Shown: positions 30,909 through 41,340, numbered from the whole stretch's first letter. The stretch is DNA of 62,876 nucleotides, filler included, from 4 parts of 4 records of this genome joined end to end with filler, not necessarily neighbours in it, one strand, 5' to 3'. Made by a program: numbers and translations. The notes: generated by a model not told the origin, from the letters alone.

Positions 30909-31615
30909 AAAAGATGGAACAGATCTACGAGGGAAAAGCCAAGAAGGTGTTCGCAACCGACGACCCGGAGCTTGTCATTGTTGACTACAAGGACGACGCG
31001 ACGGCTTTCAACGGCGAAAAGAAGGGCACTATTGTCGGCAAGGGCGTTATCAACAACCGCATGACGAACCATTTCATGCGCCTTCTGGGTGACGTTGGCA
31101 TCCCCACGCATTACGTTGAGGAGCTCTCCGAGCGTGAATCTCTTGTTAAGCGCGTGGAAATCATTCCGCTTGAGGTTATTATCCGTAATATTGCCGCGGG
31201 CTCGTTTTGCAAACGCTTTGGCGTAAAAGAAGGCATCGTCTTTAAACGGCCGACACTGGAATTTTCCTATAAAAACGACGACCTGGGTGATCCGATGATC
31301 AACGTCTCGCATGTATATGCCATGGAGCTGTCGACGCCGGCTGAAATTGGCCTTATTACAGAGTATGCGTTCAAGATTAACGATTTTCTTAAGGCTACTT
31401 TGCTGGAATGCGGTATCACGCTGGTTGATTTCAAGCTGGAATTTGGCAAAACGCCCGATGGCAAAATCGTTCTGGCCGACGAAATAAGCCCCGACACCTG
31501 CCGTTTCTGGGATGCCAAAACCGGCGAAAAGCTCGACAAAGACCGGTTCCGCCAGGATCTCGGCAACGTGGAAGGCGCTTATCTGGAGATGCAGCGCCGT
31601 ATCTTCGGCCAGTAA
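30905..31615 (+). CDS. purC: SAICAR synthetase
   Basis: YEGKAK, KDDATAFNG, DFKLEFG, LADEISPD and DKDRFR. Confidence 0.96.
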   Translation: MKKMEQIYEGKAKKVFATDDPELVIVDYKDDATAFNGEKKGTIVGKGVINNRMTNHFMRLLGDVGIPTHYVEELSERESLVKRVEIIPLEVIIRNIAAGSFCKRFGVKEGIVFKRPTLEFSYKNDDLGDPMINVSHVYAMELSTPAEIGLITEYAFKINDFLKATLLECGITLVDFKLEFGKTPDGKIVLADEISPDTCRFWDAKTGEKLDKDRFRQDLGNVEGAYLEMQRRIFGQ

Positions 31616-31634
31616 AACTCGAAAGGAAAAGCGT

Positions 31635-32681
31635 ATGCAAAATTCGTTTTCAGAAAGCTACGCCGCGGCAGGCGTCGATGTGACAGCCGGTTATGAGTCT
31701 GTCGAGCGGATCAAGCCGCTCGTTGAAAGCACCTTCCGCGAGGGCGTACTAGGCGGCCTCGGCGGCTTTGGCGGAATGTTTGAGCCGAAGCTTGATGGAA
31801 TGGCACATCCTGTTTTCATTTCCGGCACCGACGGCGTCGGCACTAAGCTTAAGATCGCCTTTATGATGGACAAACACGATACCGTCGGCATCGACTGCGT
31901 GGCCATGTGCGTCAACGACATCATCTGCTCCGGCGCGGAGCCCCTGTTCTTCCTGGATTATCTGGCTATGGGCAAAAATATTCCCGAACGTACAGAGCAA
32001 ATTGTCACCGGCATTGCCGAAGGCTGCCGTCAGGCGGGGTGCGCGCTCATTGGCGGCGAGACAGCTGAAATGCCCGGCTTTTATACTGAAGATGAATATG
32101 ATATGGCCGGCTTTGCCGTCGGTGTTGTCGACCGCGATAAAATCATCGACGGCAGCACCATCAAAGCCGGTGACCGGCTGATCGGCCTGGCCTCTTCGGG
32201 TCTCCATTCCAACGGCTTCTCACTCGTACGCAAGGTTCTTGATCCAACGCCGGAAACGCTCGCGGCAAAGGTACCGGCACTGTTTTCAACGCTGGGTGAG
32301 GCGCTTATTAAGCCGACGCGCATCTATGTCCGCCAGGTGCTTCACCTCACTAAAACGCTCGGCATGAATATCAAAGGTATCTGCCACATTACCGGCGGCG
32401 GGCTATTTGAAAACATCCCGCGCATGCTGCCCGAGGGTATCACCGCCAAGATCCTTCCGGATGGGTTTCCCCAGTGCAATATTTCCTCTTATATTCAAAC
32501 GGTCGGTAAAATTCCCGCGCGCGATATGTATAATACGTTTAACATGGGCGTCGGCCTTGTGATGGCCGTCGACAGCGAAGACGTCGGCGACATTGTCAAC
32601 GCGCTCATACAAATCGGCGAACACCCATACGTCATCGGAAGCTGTGTCAATGGAGAAAAAGGAGTTGAGCTGAAATGGTAA
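31635..32681 (+). CDS. purM: AIR synthetase
   Basis: YAAAGVD, GTDGVGTK, AMCVND, GGETAEMPG, SSGLHSNG, HITGGG and FNMG; start ATG 31635 after AGGA. Confidence 0.96.
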   Translation: MQNSFSESYAAAGVDVTAGYESVERIKPLVESTFREGVLGGLGGFGGMFEPKLDGMAHPVFISGTDGVGTKLKIAFMMDKHDTVGIDCVAMCVNDIICSGAEPLFFLDYLAMGKNIPERTEQIVTGIAEGCRQAGCALIGGETAEMPGFYTEDEYDMAGFAVGVVDRDKIIDGSTIKAGDRLIGLASSGLHSNGFSLVRKVLDPTPETLAAKVPALFSTLGEALIKPTRIYVRQVLHLTKTLGMNIKGICHITGGGLFENIPRMLPEGITAKILPDGFPQCNISSYIQTVGKIPARDMYNTFNMGVGLVMAVDSEDVGDIVNALIQIGEHPYVIGSCVNGEKGVELKW

Positions 32682-33310
32682 GGACCGCCGTACTTGTCTC
32701 CGGCAACGGAACAAACCTTCAGTCGATCATCAACGCAATTAATTTCGGCAAAATTAAAAACTGCGAGCTCTCAGCCGTTATTTCATCCAGGCCGAACGTT
32801 TACGCGCTGGAGCGCGCTAAAAGCGCCGGCATCCCGTCATTTGTCATTGACTATAAGCACTTTCCCAACAGAGAAGGCTTCAACGAGGCGATTTACAAAA
32901 AGCTAAAGAGCCTCGATATCGAGCTGGTCGTTTTAGCCGGCTTTCTCGTCGTGCTCGGCGCCCCTGTTGTCGAGGCGTTTGAAAACAGAATTATCAATAT
33001 TCATCCATCGCTCGTCCCATCCTTTTGCGGCGAGGGCTTGTACGGCCTGCGCGTGCATCAGGCGGCGCTCAATTACGGTGTTAAGCTTTCCGGCGCGACG
33101 GCACATTTCGCCACAGCCCAAGCCGATATGGGGCCTGTCATCAGCCAGCACTCTATCGAAATACATGAGGACGACACAGCCGAATCCCTTCAAAAGCGCA
33201 TCATGGAGGAGGTCGAGTGGCAGATCCTCCCTGAGGCCATTTCCTTATACTGTGAGGGGCGTCTGCAGGTTATCGGGCGTATTGTCCATATTAAGGAGGC
33301 ATCCAAATGA
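32675..33310 (+). CDS. purN: Phosphoribosylglycinamide formyltransferase
   Basis: SGNGTNLQ, LAGF, INIHPSL and GATAH...DMGP. Confidence 0.95.
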   Translation: MVRTAVLVSGNGTNLQSIINAINFGKIKNCELSAVISSRPNVYALERAKSAGIPSFVIDYKHFPNREGFNEAIYKKLKSLDIELVVLAGFLVVLGAPVVEAFENRIINIHPSLVPSFCGEGLYGLRVHQAALNYGVKLSGATAHFATAQADMGPVISQHSIEIHEDDTAESLQKRIMEEVEWQILPEAISLYCEGRLQVIGRIVHIKEASK

Positions 33311-33388
33311 CGCCGCTCGACATAACAGCGGAGCTTCGAGCCAATACGTATCCAGGCCGCGGCATCATGCTTGGCTGCAGCGAGGACG
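33307..33388 (+). CDS. IMP cyclohydrolase-like protein (PurO-type), N-terminus only
   Basis: ATGA overlap with purN and RBS AAGGAGG; reads MTPLDITAELRANTYPGRGIMLGCSED, containing the YPGRG motif of this family; truncated by the gap. Confidence 0.7.
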
Positions 33389-33488
33389 NNNNNNNNNNNN
33401 NNNNNNNNNNNNNNNNNNNNNNNNNNNNNNNNTTAATTAATTAANNNNNNNNNNNNNNNNNNNNNNNNNNNNNNNNNNNNNNNNNNNN
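33389..33488. other. Artificial contig junction
   Basis: N-run with TTAATTAATTAA linker. Confidence 0.97.
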
Positions 33489-33648
33489 ACTATAATGCAT
33501 CTGATAGAAAGAAACGGAGCAAGTCTCTTGGCTTGTACCCTGTGAGTACCGTGGAAAGGCAATGGGCTAAAAATAGCGAGGGATTCACCCTCTTAAAATG
33601 CCTTATCAGTCGCAATTGAAAGAACCACCCCAGGGTGACGTGGTCTCT

Positions 33649-35151
33649 TCAGGATTTACCGCTGATCTTAACTCCAAATCCGAACCAGAAAATGGATATT
33701 ATCGCCATGGCAAAAAGCAGTAATGCGACCGGATGAGAAAGAAGAATCGTAAGGTCTCCGTCTATGATATTGAGCGATTGCGAGAGGGATAGCTCAAATC
33801 TCTCGCCAAGAAAAAAAGCTATGACAAAGACGATCACAGAGTACTTGTAAGAACGCATCAAATACCCCAAAAAAGCAAAGGCAAACATGACAGCAACACC
33901 AAACATCCCCCCCGTTGCCAGATAAACCCCAGTCATGCAGAGTAACAGAGCGGCTGGAAATATTATAGACTCAGGTGCTTGAATAACTCTGGCCCATAGA
34001 CGAAGCCCCAGCAGCCCTGAAAACAGATTGAGGACATTTGCCATAAGAAGAGTGCCGAACAAGCCATAAATCAGCTGGCCCTGTTCCTGAAAAAGAAGAG
34101 GTCCCGGTTGAATACCGTGAATCATCAATGCACTGATAATAAGTGCTGCCGCTAGATTCCCTGGTATCCCAAGAGTGAGCAATGGAATCAGGTTTGCACC
34201 GGCAACTGCTGAGTTTGCAGATTCCGTTGCTGCTATACCATGTATGTTTCCTTTGCCAAAACTCTCAGGGTCTCCTGAAGCCTGTTTTGCTGTTGCATAG
34301 CTGAGAAAAGAAGCAGCAGATGAATCAAGGCCGGGGATAGCACCAAGTATGGTCCCTATAACAGACCCTCTAAGTATCGTATATTTACACGCCCAGAACT
34401 CCAGAAAACTCACCCTTCGATCCACTCTTTTTTGAGTTTGCGGAACAACAACTGCAGACTCGATTTTTCCCCGGATGCGGGCCATTCTTCTCAGGATCTC
34501 GGCAACGGCCAGCATGCCCAAGGCCATGGAGACAAGGGGAATCCCGTCGTATAATTCAAAATATCCAAAAATAAATCTTGGGCTGCTGTTTTCAGGATCT
34601 AGGCCAACAGTCGCAAAGAGCAGACCGAGCCCTGCTGATGCTATCCCTTTTGCCATGGAATCTCCCACCAGCCCGGCAATAATAGAAAAAGCAAAAACCA
34701 TGAGAGCAAAAATTTCAATGGGGCCCATTTTCAAGGCAACCACTGCTATGAAAGGGGCTACGGTTATAAGAATAATATCACTAAAGGCATCACCTGTTAC
34801 CGAAGAGTAAAGAGCTATCTTGGTGGCTTTTTCAGGTTTTCCATTTTTAGTCATTGGATAACCATCTAAAGTCGTAGCAGCAGCATCGGGTGTACCGGGG
34901 GTATTAATCAGAATGGCGGGAATAGCCCCACCTACAAGTCCGCCCTTGCTCACTCCCATGAGAAAGCCAATGGCGGGTAAAGGGTTCATTGTAAATGTAA
35001 AAGGAATAGCAATGGCCATCGCCATAACGGGCCCGATCCCTGGTATGGCACCAACAAATTGCCCAACGATGATACCGAACCAGACGAACAACAGGTTATG
35101 CAGGGTGAGTGCATCCCCAAAACCTGACAGAATAGTGTGTACATCAATCAT
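33649..35151 (-). CDS. tctA: Tripartite tricarboxylate transporter large permease
   Basis: GAIPGIG, INTPGTP, DGYPM, ESANSA, LTLGIPG and HGIQPGP. Confidence 0.93.
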   Translation of the reverse strand: MIDVHTILSGFGDALTLHNLLFVWFGIIVGQFVGAIPGIGPVMAMAIAIPFTFTMNPLPAIGFLMGVSKGGLVGGAIPAILINTPGTPDAAATTLDGYPMTKNGKPEKATKIALYSSVTGDAFSDIILITVAPFIAVVALKMGPIEIFALMVFAFSIIAGLVGDSMAKGIASAGLGLLFATVGLDPENSSPRFIFGYFELYDGIPLVSMALGMLAVAEILRRMARIRGKIESAVVVPQTQKRVDRRVSFLEFWACKYTILRGSVIGTILGAIPGLDSSAASFLSYATAKQASGDPESFGKGNIHGIAATESANSAVAGANLIPLLTLGIPGNLAAALIISALMIHGIQPGPLLFQEQGQLIYGLFGTLLMANVLNLFSGLLGLRLWARVIQAPESIIFPAALLLCMTGVYLATGGMFGVAVMFAFAFLGYLMRSYKYSVIVFVIAFFLGERFELSLSQSLNIIDGDLTILLSHPVALLLFAMAIISIFWFGFGVKISGKS

Positions 35152-35184
35152 CTTGAGTGCTTTTTTCTTGAATTAATACAGAAA

Positions 35185-35619
35185 TCAGGGAAGAGGCCTT
35201 TGCAGAAGATAATCTATACAAAACCAGATAAACGCAGGCAGCAGGAAAACACCAATAAACAGCCAACCCCATCGTCTCTCACCAACCACCCACATGAGCA
35301 CCAGCATCAGCAAAGGGGCGGCTATCAAATAATTGACCGTCATCAGCCATATCCCGAGAATTCCGATAAAAAAAACCAGAAGAGCTCTTAACGCCGAAGC
35401 AAGTTCAAACTCCACCCCACCCTTTGGAAAGAGGGATTGCAGAGCACCCGAAATGATAATGATAATAGCCGCAATGGAGGGGAGAGTTCCTGGTTTCAGC
35501 CACCCATAATCAACAGATTCTGTATGGTTTGGAATCACAAAAAAGAACATGACGATTCCAAAGAACGACACAAGAATGCCTGACAGGCGATTTTGCATTG
35601 GTTCAGCGCCCTCTTTCAT
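35185..35619 (-). CDS. tctB: Tripartite tricarboxylate transporter small permease
   Basis: Small multi-TM protein ending ...LLQRPLP, between tctC and tctA; start may be 35598. Confidence 0.85.
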   Translation of the reverse strand: MKEGAEPMQNRLSGILVSFFGIVMFFFVIPNHTESVDYGWLKPGTLPSIAAIIIIISGALQSLFPKGGVEFELASALRALLVFFIGILGIWLMTVNYLIAAPLLMLVLMWVVGERRWGWLFIGVFLLPAFIWFCIDYLLQRPLP

Positions 35620-36581
35620 TACTGGTGTTTTTTTGCCGCAGTAACGAGAGCTTTAATATCAACAGCTCCCTGATTCATCATTTGGTGTGTTCCTTCGGGA
35701 CCAAGGTTAAGAGCATTTGCATGCATAGAATTCAAAAGAGCTTGTTTGACACTGTCTGAATTAATCGCTTCATCAAACGCTTTAGACAGAGCAGCTTTTA
35801 CATCTTCTGGTAAGCCTTTTGGAGCTGCAACGTAGAAATAGGGCTCCAGGTAAAAGTCAAAACCGTTTTCGATCAATGTTTTCGCATCCGGTGCACAGGC
35901 TTGCCTGTCTCTACTCATTGAGGTGATCATTTTCAAATCACCACTCTCAATATATTTGACATGTTCACCCGCGGTACAACCAACATCTACGTGTCCCCCC
36001 AGAAGACTTTGAACCTGTTCTGCACCACTTTTGTGTTTTACGAACTTGAACTTAACCTCAGCATTCTTGGCAACAGGCCCCAACACCATCTGTTGCGGCT
36101 TGGCATCAAACGCAACAGTAACCCCACCTTTTTGTCTTTTAGCGTAAGCAATAAACTCTTCAAGGTTGTCATACGGCGCATCAGCTTTGGCAACCATGGC
36201 AATTTCACCTCGCATAATTGTGGCGAGATAGTCGAAGGTGTCAATATTGAATGGAATCTTATTCCCTCTTGAAGCAAGGTTCAGAAAAATCGGCATATTC
36301 ACACCTAAACCCAAGGTCTGGCCGTCCGGCTTTTGTCTCATAAGTGAAGAGAACAGGGCAATTCCACCACCGCCCGGTTTGTTTTCAACCACAATATTCC
36401 ATCCGGTATTCTCTTCAATTTTAGCTGCAACCAGACGTCCCATAATATCTGTCGAACCACCGGCTCCGAATCCAATCTGCAACTTGATAGAATTCTTTGG
36501 GGACCAATCCTGCCCGTGGCCCAAAGAAGGGAAGGCCATAATACATGCCAGCATCACAATAGAGAGTAACTGTTTCATCAA
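35619..36581 (-). CDS. tctC: Tripartite tricarboxylate transporter substrate-binding protein (Bug/TctC)
   Basis: Signal peptide; GAGGSTD, VENKPGGGG, KPDGQT and LLGGHVD. Confidence 0.92.
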   Translation of the reverse strand: MMKQLLSIVMLACIMAFPSLGHGQDWSPKNSIKLQIGFGAGGSTDIMGRLVAAKIEENTGWNIVVENKPGGGGIALFSSLMRQKPDGQTLGLGVNMPIFLNLASRGNKIPFNIDTFDYLATIMRGEIAMVAKADAPYDNLEEFIAYAKRQKGGVTVAFDAKPQQMVLGPVAKNAEVKFKFVKHKSGAEQVQSLLGGHVDVGCTAGEHVKYIESGDLKMITSMSRDRQACAPDAKTLIENGFDFYLEPYFYVAAPKGLPEDVKAALSKAFDEAINSDSVKQALLNSMHANALNLGPEGTHQMMNQGAVDIKALVTAAKKHQ

Positions 36582-36640
36582 CTTCCTCCTGAATTTACTT
36601 TTTCATCTCAGCTGCGACTTCCCGCACCTGGAAATTCATA

Positions 36641-38080
36641 CTATTTCTCATCATCTGTATCAGAGAGTACGCAAAGAGCCGAAGAGGTCTGATAGGGAAC
36701 AAGCCCTTCTACCAAACTCTCAGATCTCGCGCCTCTTGGAGAGGCCCCTTCAACTCTGAAATCGACAACATTTATGGGTTTAATATCGACTTCCTGCGGT
36801 GGATCAACTTGGGGTATATAATTATAGGGGTATCTGTAGGCCCGATACACCATGTTCATATTAAAATGTTGCCCCCAGTACGGTGAAATGTACTCCCATA
36901 CAAGTTCATGGCCCGCCGTCACTTCTATAATCCGCCCACCGCTACCCTCTGTAATAAGGGTATTTCCATTCGGCAATCTTTGTGCAGCGCTTATAAATGG
37001 ACTGTACAGACGATTAGAGTCGGTCGGATGTACCAGACCGGCCTCATGGGGTGTATACTGCCAGGCAATTTTCAGCGAAACTGGATCAAACTCAAGCACT
37101 CTTGAATAATCTCGAAGAACATTCTTGGTTCCCGCTGGACTTGATGGATGACACCCGCCATATCCCGCCCAGCCACCATTGTCATACACAAGGATATTGC
37201 CTTCGCCAGGGAGTCCTTTGGGGATCATATGTGCGTGATGCTGGCCAATGATCCACTCAAGCTCTTTTTCCGGAGTATGGTCATAATAAGGCCCAACCTT
37301 CCAGACTATTTCCCCGGTCGCCTTGCAGATAATGAAAATAATATTCGTTTCCCGGCCATCCACTATTATATTGTCAGGATGAAAGCGCACGTCCCCGGCA
37401 TCAAACCATTTATTAGGTCCCAACAATGACATGGAGTTGAGGTGCATCCAGTCCCCCATGCCTCCGCCGCAAGGTCTCATGTTTGGGTCCCGTGAAAGTG
37501 CATTGCGTGCATCTTCCCGGAAACCAAACTCCTCGAAATGATCGCTGCAGACCCATTCCCAGAGAATTTCCCCCTCCCAGGAAACCTCATATACAGTATC
37601 ATCAAGGAGGTTCTTATCACTGATGGCCTCACACTTGGTGCTTTTATGACCAAGCAGCATGGTGTTTCCAGAGTCGGTCTGCGGCTCCATTTCTGGTACA
37701 TAATAGCCTACAGGATTGCCCTGGCGCTGATAGTCATGGTGGGCCCGAGCCATCCATTGCGGCTCTTCACCAGGATCATTGATGAACTCATACTCATTGA
37801 ATTTCCAGACCACATTACCATCCCAGTCAACCTGGATAAGATCACGATAATCCTGCATACCATAAAGAGTCGAACGCTCGCCGGTATGCCCAAGGACCTG
37901 CCCGCCGGGCAGGAGTTTATTAGGGAATCCATGCAAACCACGCCATAGTTTGACCTCGCCCCCATTCATATCAATGACCAGAGCACCATGCTCCTTGGCC
38001 TGGAATACAGTGTAACCATTATAACACTTCGAAGAGTCGTAAACAGTTGCACCTGTTGGATATATGCTTGGATATGTCAT
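36641..38080 (-). CDS. Aryl-sulfate sulfotransferase (ASST)-like beta-propeller protein
   Basis: ARAHHD, DWMHLNS, GQHHAH, VYDNG, SAAQRLPNGNTLITEG and VYRAYR motifs; no signal peptide. Confidence 0.85.
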   Translation of the reverse strand: MTYPSIYPTGATVYDSSKCYNGYTVFQAKEHGALVIDMNGGEVKLWRGLHGFPNKLLPGGQVLGHTGERSTLYGMQDYRDLIQVDWDGNVVWKFNEYEFINDPGEEPQWMARAHHDYQRQGNPVGYYVPEMEPQTDSGNTMLLGHKSTKCEAISDKNLLDDTVYEVSWEGEILWEWVCSDHFEEFGFREDARNALSRDPNMRPCGGGMGDWMHLNSMSLLGPNKWFDAGDVRFHPDNIIVDGRETNIIFIICKATGEIVWKVGPYYDHTPEKELEWIIGQHHAHMIPKGLPGEGNILVYDNGGWAGYGGCHPSSPAGTKNVLRDYSRVLEFDPVSLKIAWQYTPHEAGLVHPTDSNRLYSPFISAAQRLPNGNTLITEGSGGRIIEVTAGHELVWEYISPYWGQHFNMNMVYRAYRYPYNYIPQVDPPQEVDIKPINVVDFRVEGASPRGARSESLVEGLVPYQTSSALCVLSDTDDEK

Positions 38081-38110
38081 TTCTACCTGTTTCCTTTACC
38101 AGCCTGTCTA

Positions 38111-38839
38111 TCAGCTGATAGACTCACCATTTTTTCTTCTCTGTCTAATTATTTCTTCTAAAGCGTTAAAGTGTTCCTTCATAATCAACTCAGCTTTTGC
38201 TCCATCACGGGCCTTGATATGTTGGTAAAAAAGCTCATTAAATCGAACATCTTTCCGGGCAGTTTCCAGGTCAGGCTCTTTATCAAGAACCTGCTGGAAG
38301 ACATGAACAAGAGCGGCCATCAATCCACTGATAAAGCGGTTGTGGCAAGCATCAGCTATCAATTTATGAAAACCTATAGCCTTTGTCTGGTCAGGATCAC
38401 CCTTTTCAATGGAAAGATGAATTGCCGCAATATATTCTTCCATGACGACAAGATCATTTTCAGTTCTTCGCTTCGCTGCAAGCTTCGCAAGTCCTGGCTC
38501 AAGAATCTGCCTGAACTCGGCGAGGTCTGTGACGGTCACTCCACCAAACAAAAAAGCATTAGTGACAACATCCACCATCTTCTCCGCTCCAGGTTCGGCC
38601 ACAAAACTCCCTCCGAAAATGCCCCTTTTCTTTACGATCAGTCCTTCACTCTCCAGCTCTCGTAAGGCCTCTCGGGCCGAGACTTTGCTCACCCCGTACT
38701 GCTTCGCTATCTCCACCTCAGGCGAGAGCTTGTCTCCAGGCTTGTACACACCATCCAAAACAGCTTGCTTCAAGTCGTTCTTAATTGTATCTGAAATTCT
38801 TTTCTTGGGTGACAAGTCACCCCTGAATGATGAAGGCAC
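38111..38839 (-). CDS. GntR/FadR-family transcriptional regulator
   Basis: PGDKLSPE, YGVSKVSAREAL and GGSFV winged HTH; FCD domain (FHKLIA, HN). Confidence 0.92.
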   Translation of the reverse strand: MPSSFRGDLSPKKRISDTIKNDLKQAVLDGVYKPGDKLSPEVEIAKQYGVSKVSAREALRELESEGLIVKKRGIFGGSFVAEPGAEKMVDVVTNAFLFGGVTVTDLAEFRQILEPGLAKLAAKRRTENDLVVMEEYIAAIHLSIEKGDPDQTKAIGFHKLIADACHNRFISGLMAALVHVFQQVLDKEPDLETARKDVRFNELFYQHIKARDGAKAELIMKEHFNALEEIIRQRRKNGESIS

Positions 38840-38855
38840 TAAAACTCCACAAGAA

Positions 38856-38882
38856 TAAAAGTTAGTTTTTTAAAAGTTAGTT
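38856..38882. promoter_or_regulatory. 12-bp direct repeat upstream of the GntR gene (candidate operator)
   Basis: TAAAAGTTAGTT at 38856 and 38871. Confidence 0.4.
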
Positions 38883-39564
38883 CTTTTATGTATTGCCAAT
38901 GTTCCAGACATCTACTCCTTTGTCAAGAGGTACCTGATCAGTACATATCCTGTATATGAGGAGGAAATAAACACTAGCATGATCGAAGATTGATATGACC
39001 ACGATACAGGGAGTGAGCAATTGCGGGACGACTATTCCAGTTTGTTGGTATCAAACGCTCAATCATCCATGAGGGCTTTCAATCCAGCCGAATTTGATTA
39101 GCTCAGGGGAGACGGGTTCAGTTTTTCTCCCGCGTATTTTCCAAATCACGGATGTTCTCTCCTGACAATGATCGCGTCAAAATAGAGCATACCGGCAGGC
39201 ATTTGAAACCGTGGCATGATGTCCACGTCATAATAAAGCCGCACCCGTATTCGCAGCACTGATGGTATCAGTGTCAATTACCCTCATTCCAGATATGACA
39301 TTGATAATAATTTGCACATCCCTTTGAGCCGGGAGCTTAGCAGCTCTCAGAGTAAAATACTCATTGCTGGAAAGAAACTAACTAGTCATTCGTCCAAGAG
39401 TTGGACGGATAAACGTTTTCTCTTTATCAATACCGTATTATAGCATATCCAAAAGCTATTCCCTGCGGCCATATATTTGTAATAGCCAACGCACACTAAA
39501 GAGTTTGCCGCACCACAAGATATCAAACTATATCAAGCTCATGAATCTAGGAACCGCTAATTCC

Positions 39565-41340
39565 ATGCATATAGCCCTCATCTCCATGCCTTGGTCGATT
39601 TTCAATCGACCTTCCATTCAGTTGGGAGCACTAAAAAGCTTTATGGAACGAGAATCTGACTGCCGGGTTGATGCTTTCCACCCCTACCTGCACACTGCCA
39701 ATGCCATAGGCACTGCCAATTATTCCAAGCTGGCCCTTTCCGGATGGGCTGGAGAGGCATTATTCAGCCCACTGTTGTTTCCAGAAAAACGAGCAGATGC
39801 CAAAAAACTTTTCCAAGAAAGCTTAGCTGGTAAAATCAGGCCAATTCCGGACTTTGACCAACTGGTTATGGTAATAGAACAGCACCTGGAAGAATGGTTG
39901 AAGGAGCATAATTTGGAACGATACGGTCTGGTGGGTTTTACCGTCTGTTTCAACCAGTTGCTGCCTTCGATGTATCTGGCACAAATGATTAAAACTCGTT
40001 TTCCAAAAATACCTATTGTTTTTGGAGGCTCTTCCTGCTCTGGCCCACTGGCTGCATCTCTGACCAACCACTTCCAGGATGTGGACTATGTAATCGATGG
40101 AGAAGGAGAAGGTTCCCTGCTTCAGCTATATCGCTTTCTCCAGGGTAAGGTGCAAACCCTGCCGCCAACCGTGCACACCAAGTCTCCACAACCACACTCA
40201 GATATCACCCCTGTCCCACAACGGCTCAACGACCTTCCCTACCCTGATTTCTCTTCCTATTTTCACGAGATGCGACAGCTCTTTCCCAGTCAACCCTTTA
40301 TCCCGGTCTTACCGCTAGAATTTTCCAGGGGGTGTTGGTGGAATAAATGCACATTCTGCAATCTGAATCTGCAGTGGCATGACTACCGGTTTAAAAACAG
40401 CAGCAGGATGACAGAAGAGACGCTTCACCTGGCAAAAACCCACGAATCTCTTCACTTCACTTTTACAGACAATGCATTACCGCCCAAGGAAGCTGATCAT
40501 TTTTTTGCAGCACTTGCGGAACAAGAGATGGATTTTGATTTTTTTGCTGAAATCCGAGCGCTGACCAAGCCCGAACAACTCAAGCTATACCGTCGCGGCG
40601 GCCTAAGTACCGTACAGGTCGGGATCGAGGCACTGTCCTCCTCACTCCTTAAGAAAATGGAAAAAGGCACCACAGCCATCGACAACATCGCTGCAATGAA
40701 ACTGTGCTGCCAATATGGGATCAGACTGGAAGGCAATTTGATTACTGATTTTCCAGCAACCACAGAAGCGGAAATTGCTGAAACGCTCCACCTCCTCGAT
40801 TTCGTACTCCCCTACCCCCCATTGGACTCAGCAACATTTTTCCTTGGCCTTGGTTCACCTATCTACCGCCGCAGCAAAGATTTCTCGATCCAAGCCATCC
40901 AGCCCCATGCAAAAAACAAAAAGCTCTTCCCCGAACCTTACCTGCAAAAGATGGACATGCTCCTCAACAGCTACCGAGGAGACAGAAAACAGCAGCACGC
41001 CCTGTGGGCGCCGGTTAAACAAAAAATAAAAAAATGGCAAAACTTCCACAGCCAGAGGTCACAGAACCACCACCCGCTCCATTACAGAGACGGCAGCACT
41101 TTTTTAATCATCCGCCAGGAAACAGCAACAGGTAAACCTCTGCTCCACCGGCTGCGAGGTCTTTCCAGGAAAATTTATCTCTTCTGTGCAATACCAGCCA
41201 ACATGGATGATCTTCTTACGGCCTTTCCCAAGATCACTGAACCTGCCTTAAAAAAATTCATCGATGATTTATGCAAAAAACGATTGATGTTTCAGGAAAA
41301 TGGCCGAGTTCTCTCCCTGGCTATCCGGCACACATCATAA
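39565..41340 (+). CDS. B12-binding radical SAM enzyme of the RiPP-maturation C-methyltransferase-like family
   Basis: ISMPW...PSIQLGALK, GEALF, VFGGSSC, DGEGE, EFSRGCWWNKCTFCNLN, FTDN and QVGIEALS; start MHIALISMPW preferred. Confidence 0.85.
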   Translation: MHIALISMPWSIFNRPSIQLGALKSFMERESDCRVDAFHPYLHTANAIGTANYSKLALSGWAGEALFSPLLFPEKRADAKKLFQESLAGKIRPIPDFDQLVMVIEQHLEEWLKEHNLERYGLVGFTVCFNQLLPSMYLAQMIKTRFPKIPIVFGGSSCSGPLAASLTNHFQDVDYVIDGEGEGSLLQLYRFLQGKVQTLPPTVHTKSPQPHSDITPVPQRLNDLPYPDFSSYFHEMRQLFPSQPFIPVLPLEFSRGCWWNKCTFCNLNLQWHDYRFKNSSRMTEETLHLAKTHESLHFTFTDNALPPKEADHFFAALAEQEMDFDFFAEIRALTKPEQLKLYRRGGLSTVQVGIEALSSSLLKKMEKGTTAIDNIAAMKLCCQYGIRLEGNLITDFPATTEAEIAETLHLLDFVLPYPPLDSATFFLGLGSPIYRRSKDFSIQAIQPHAKNKKLFPEPYLQKMDMLLNSYRGDRKQQHALWAPVKQKIKKWQNFHSQRSQNHHPLHYRDGSTFLIIRQETATGKPLLHRLRGLSRKIYLFCAIPANMDDLLTAFPKITEPALKKFIDDLCKKRLMFQENGRVLSLAIRHTS

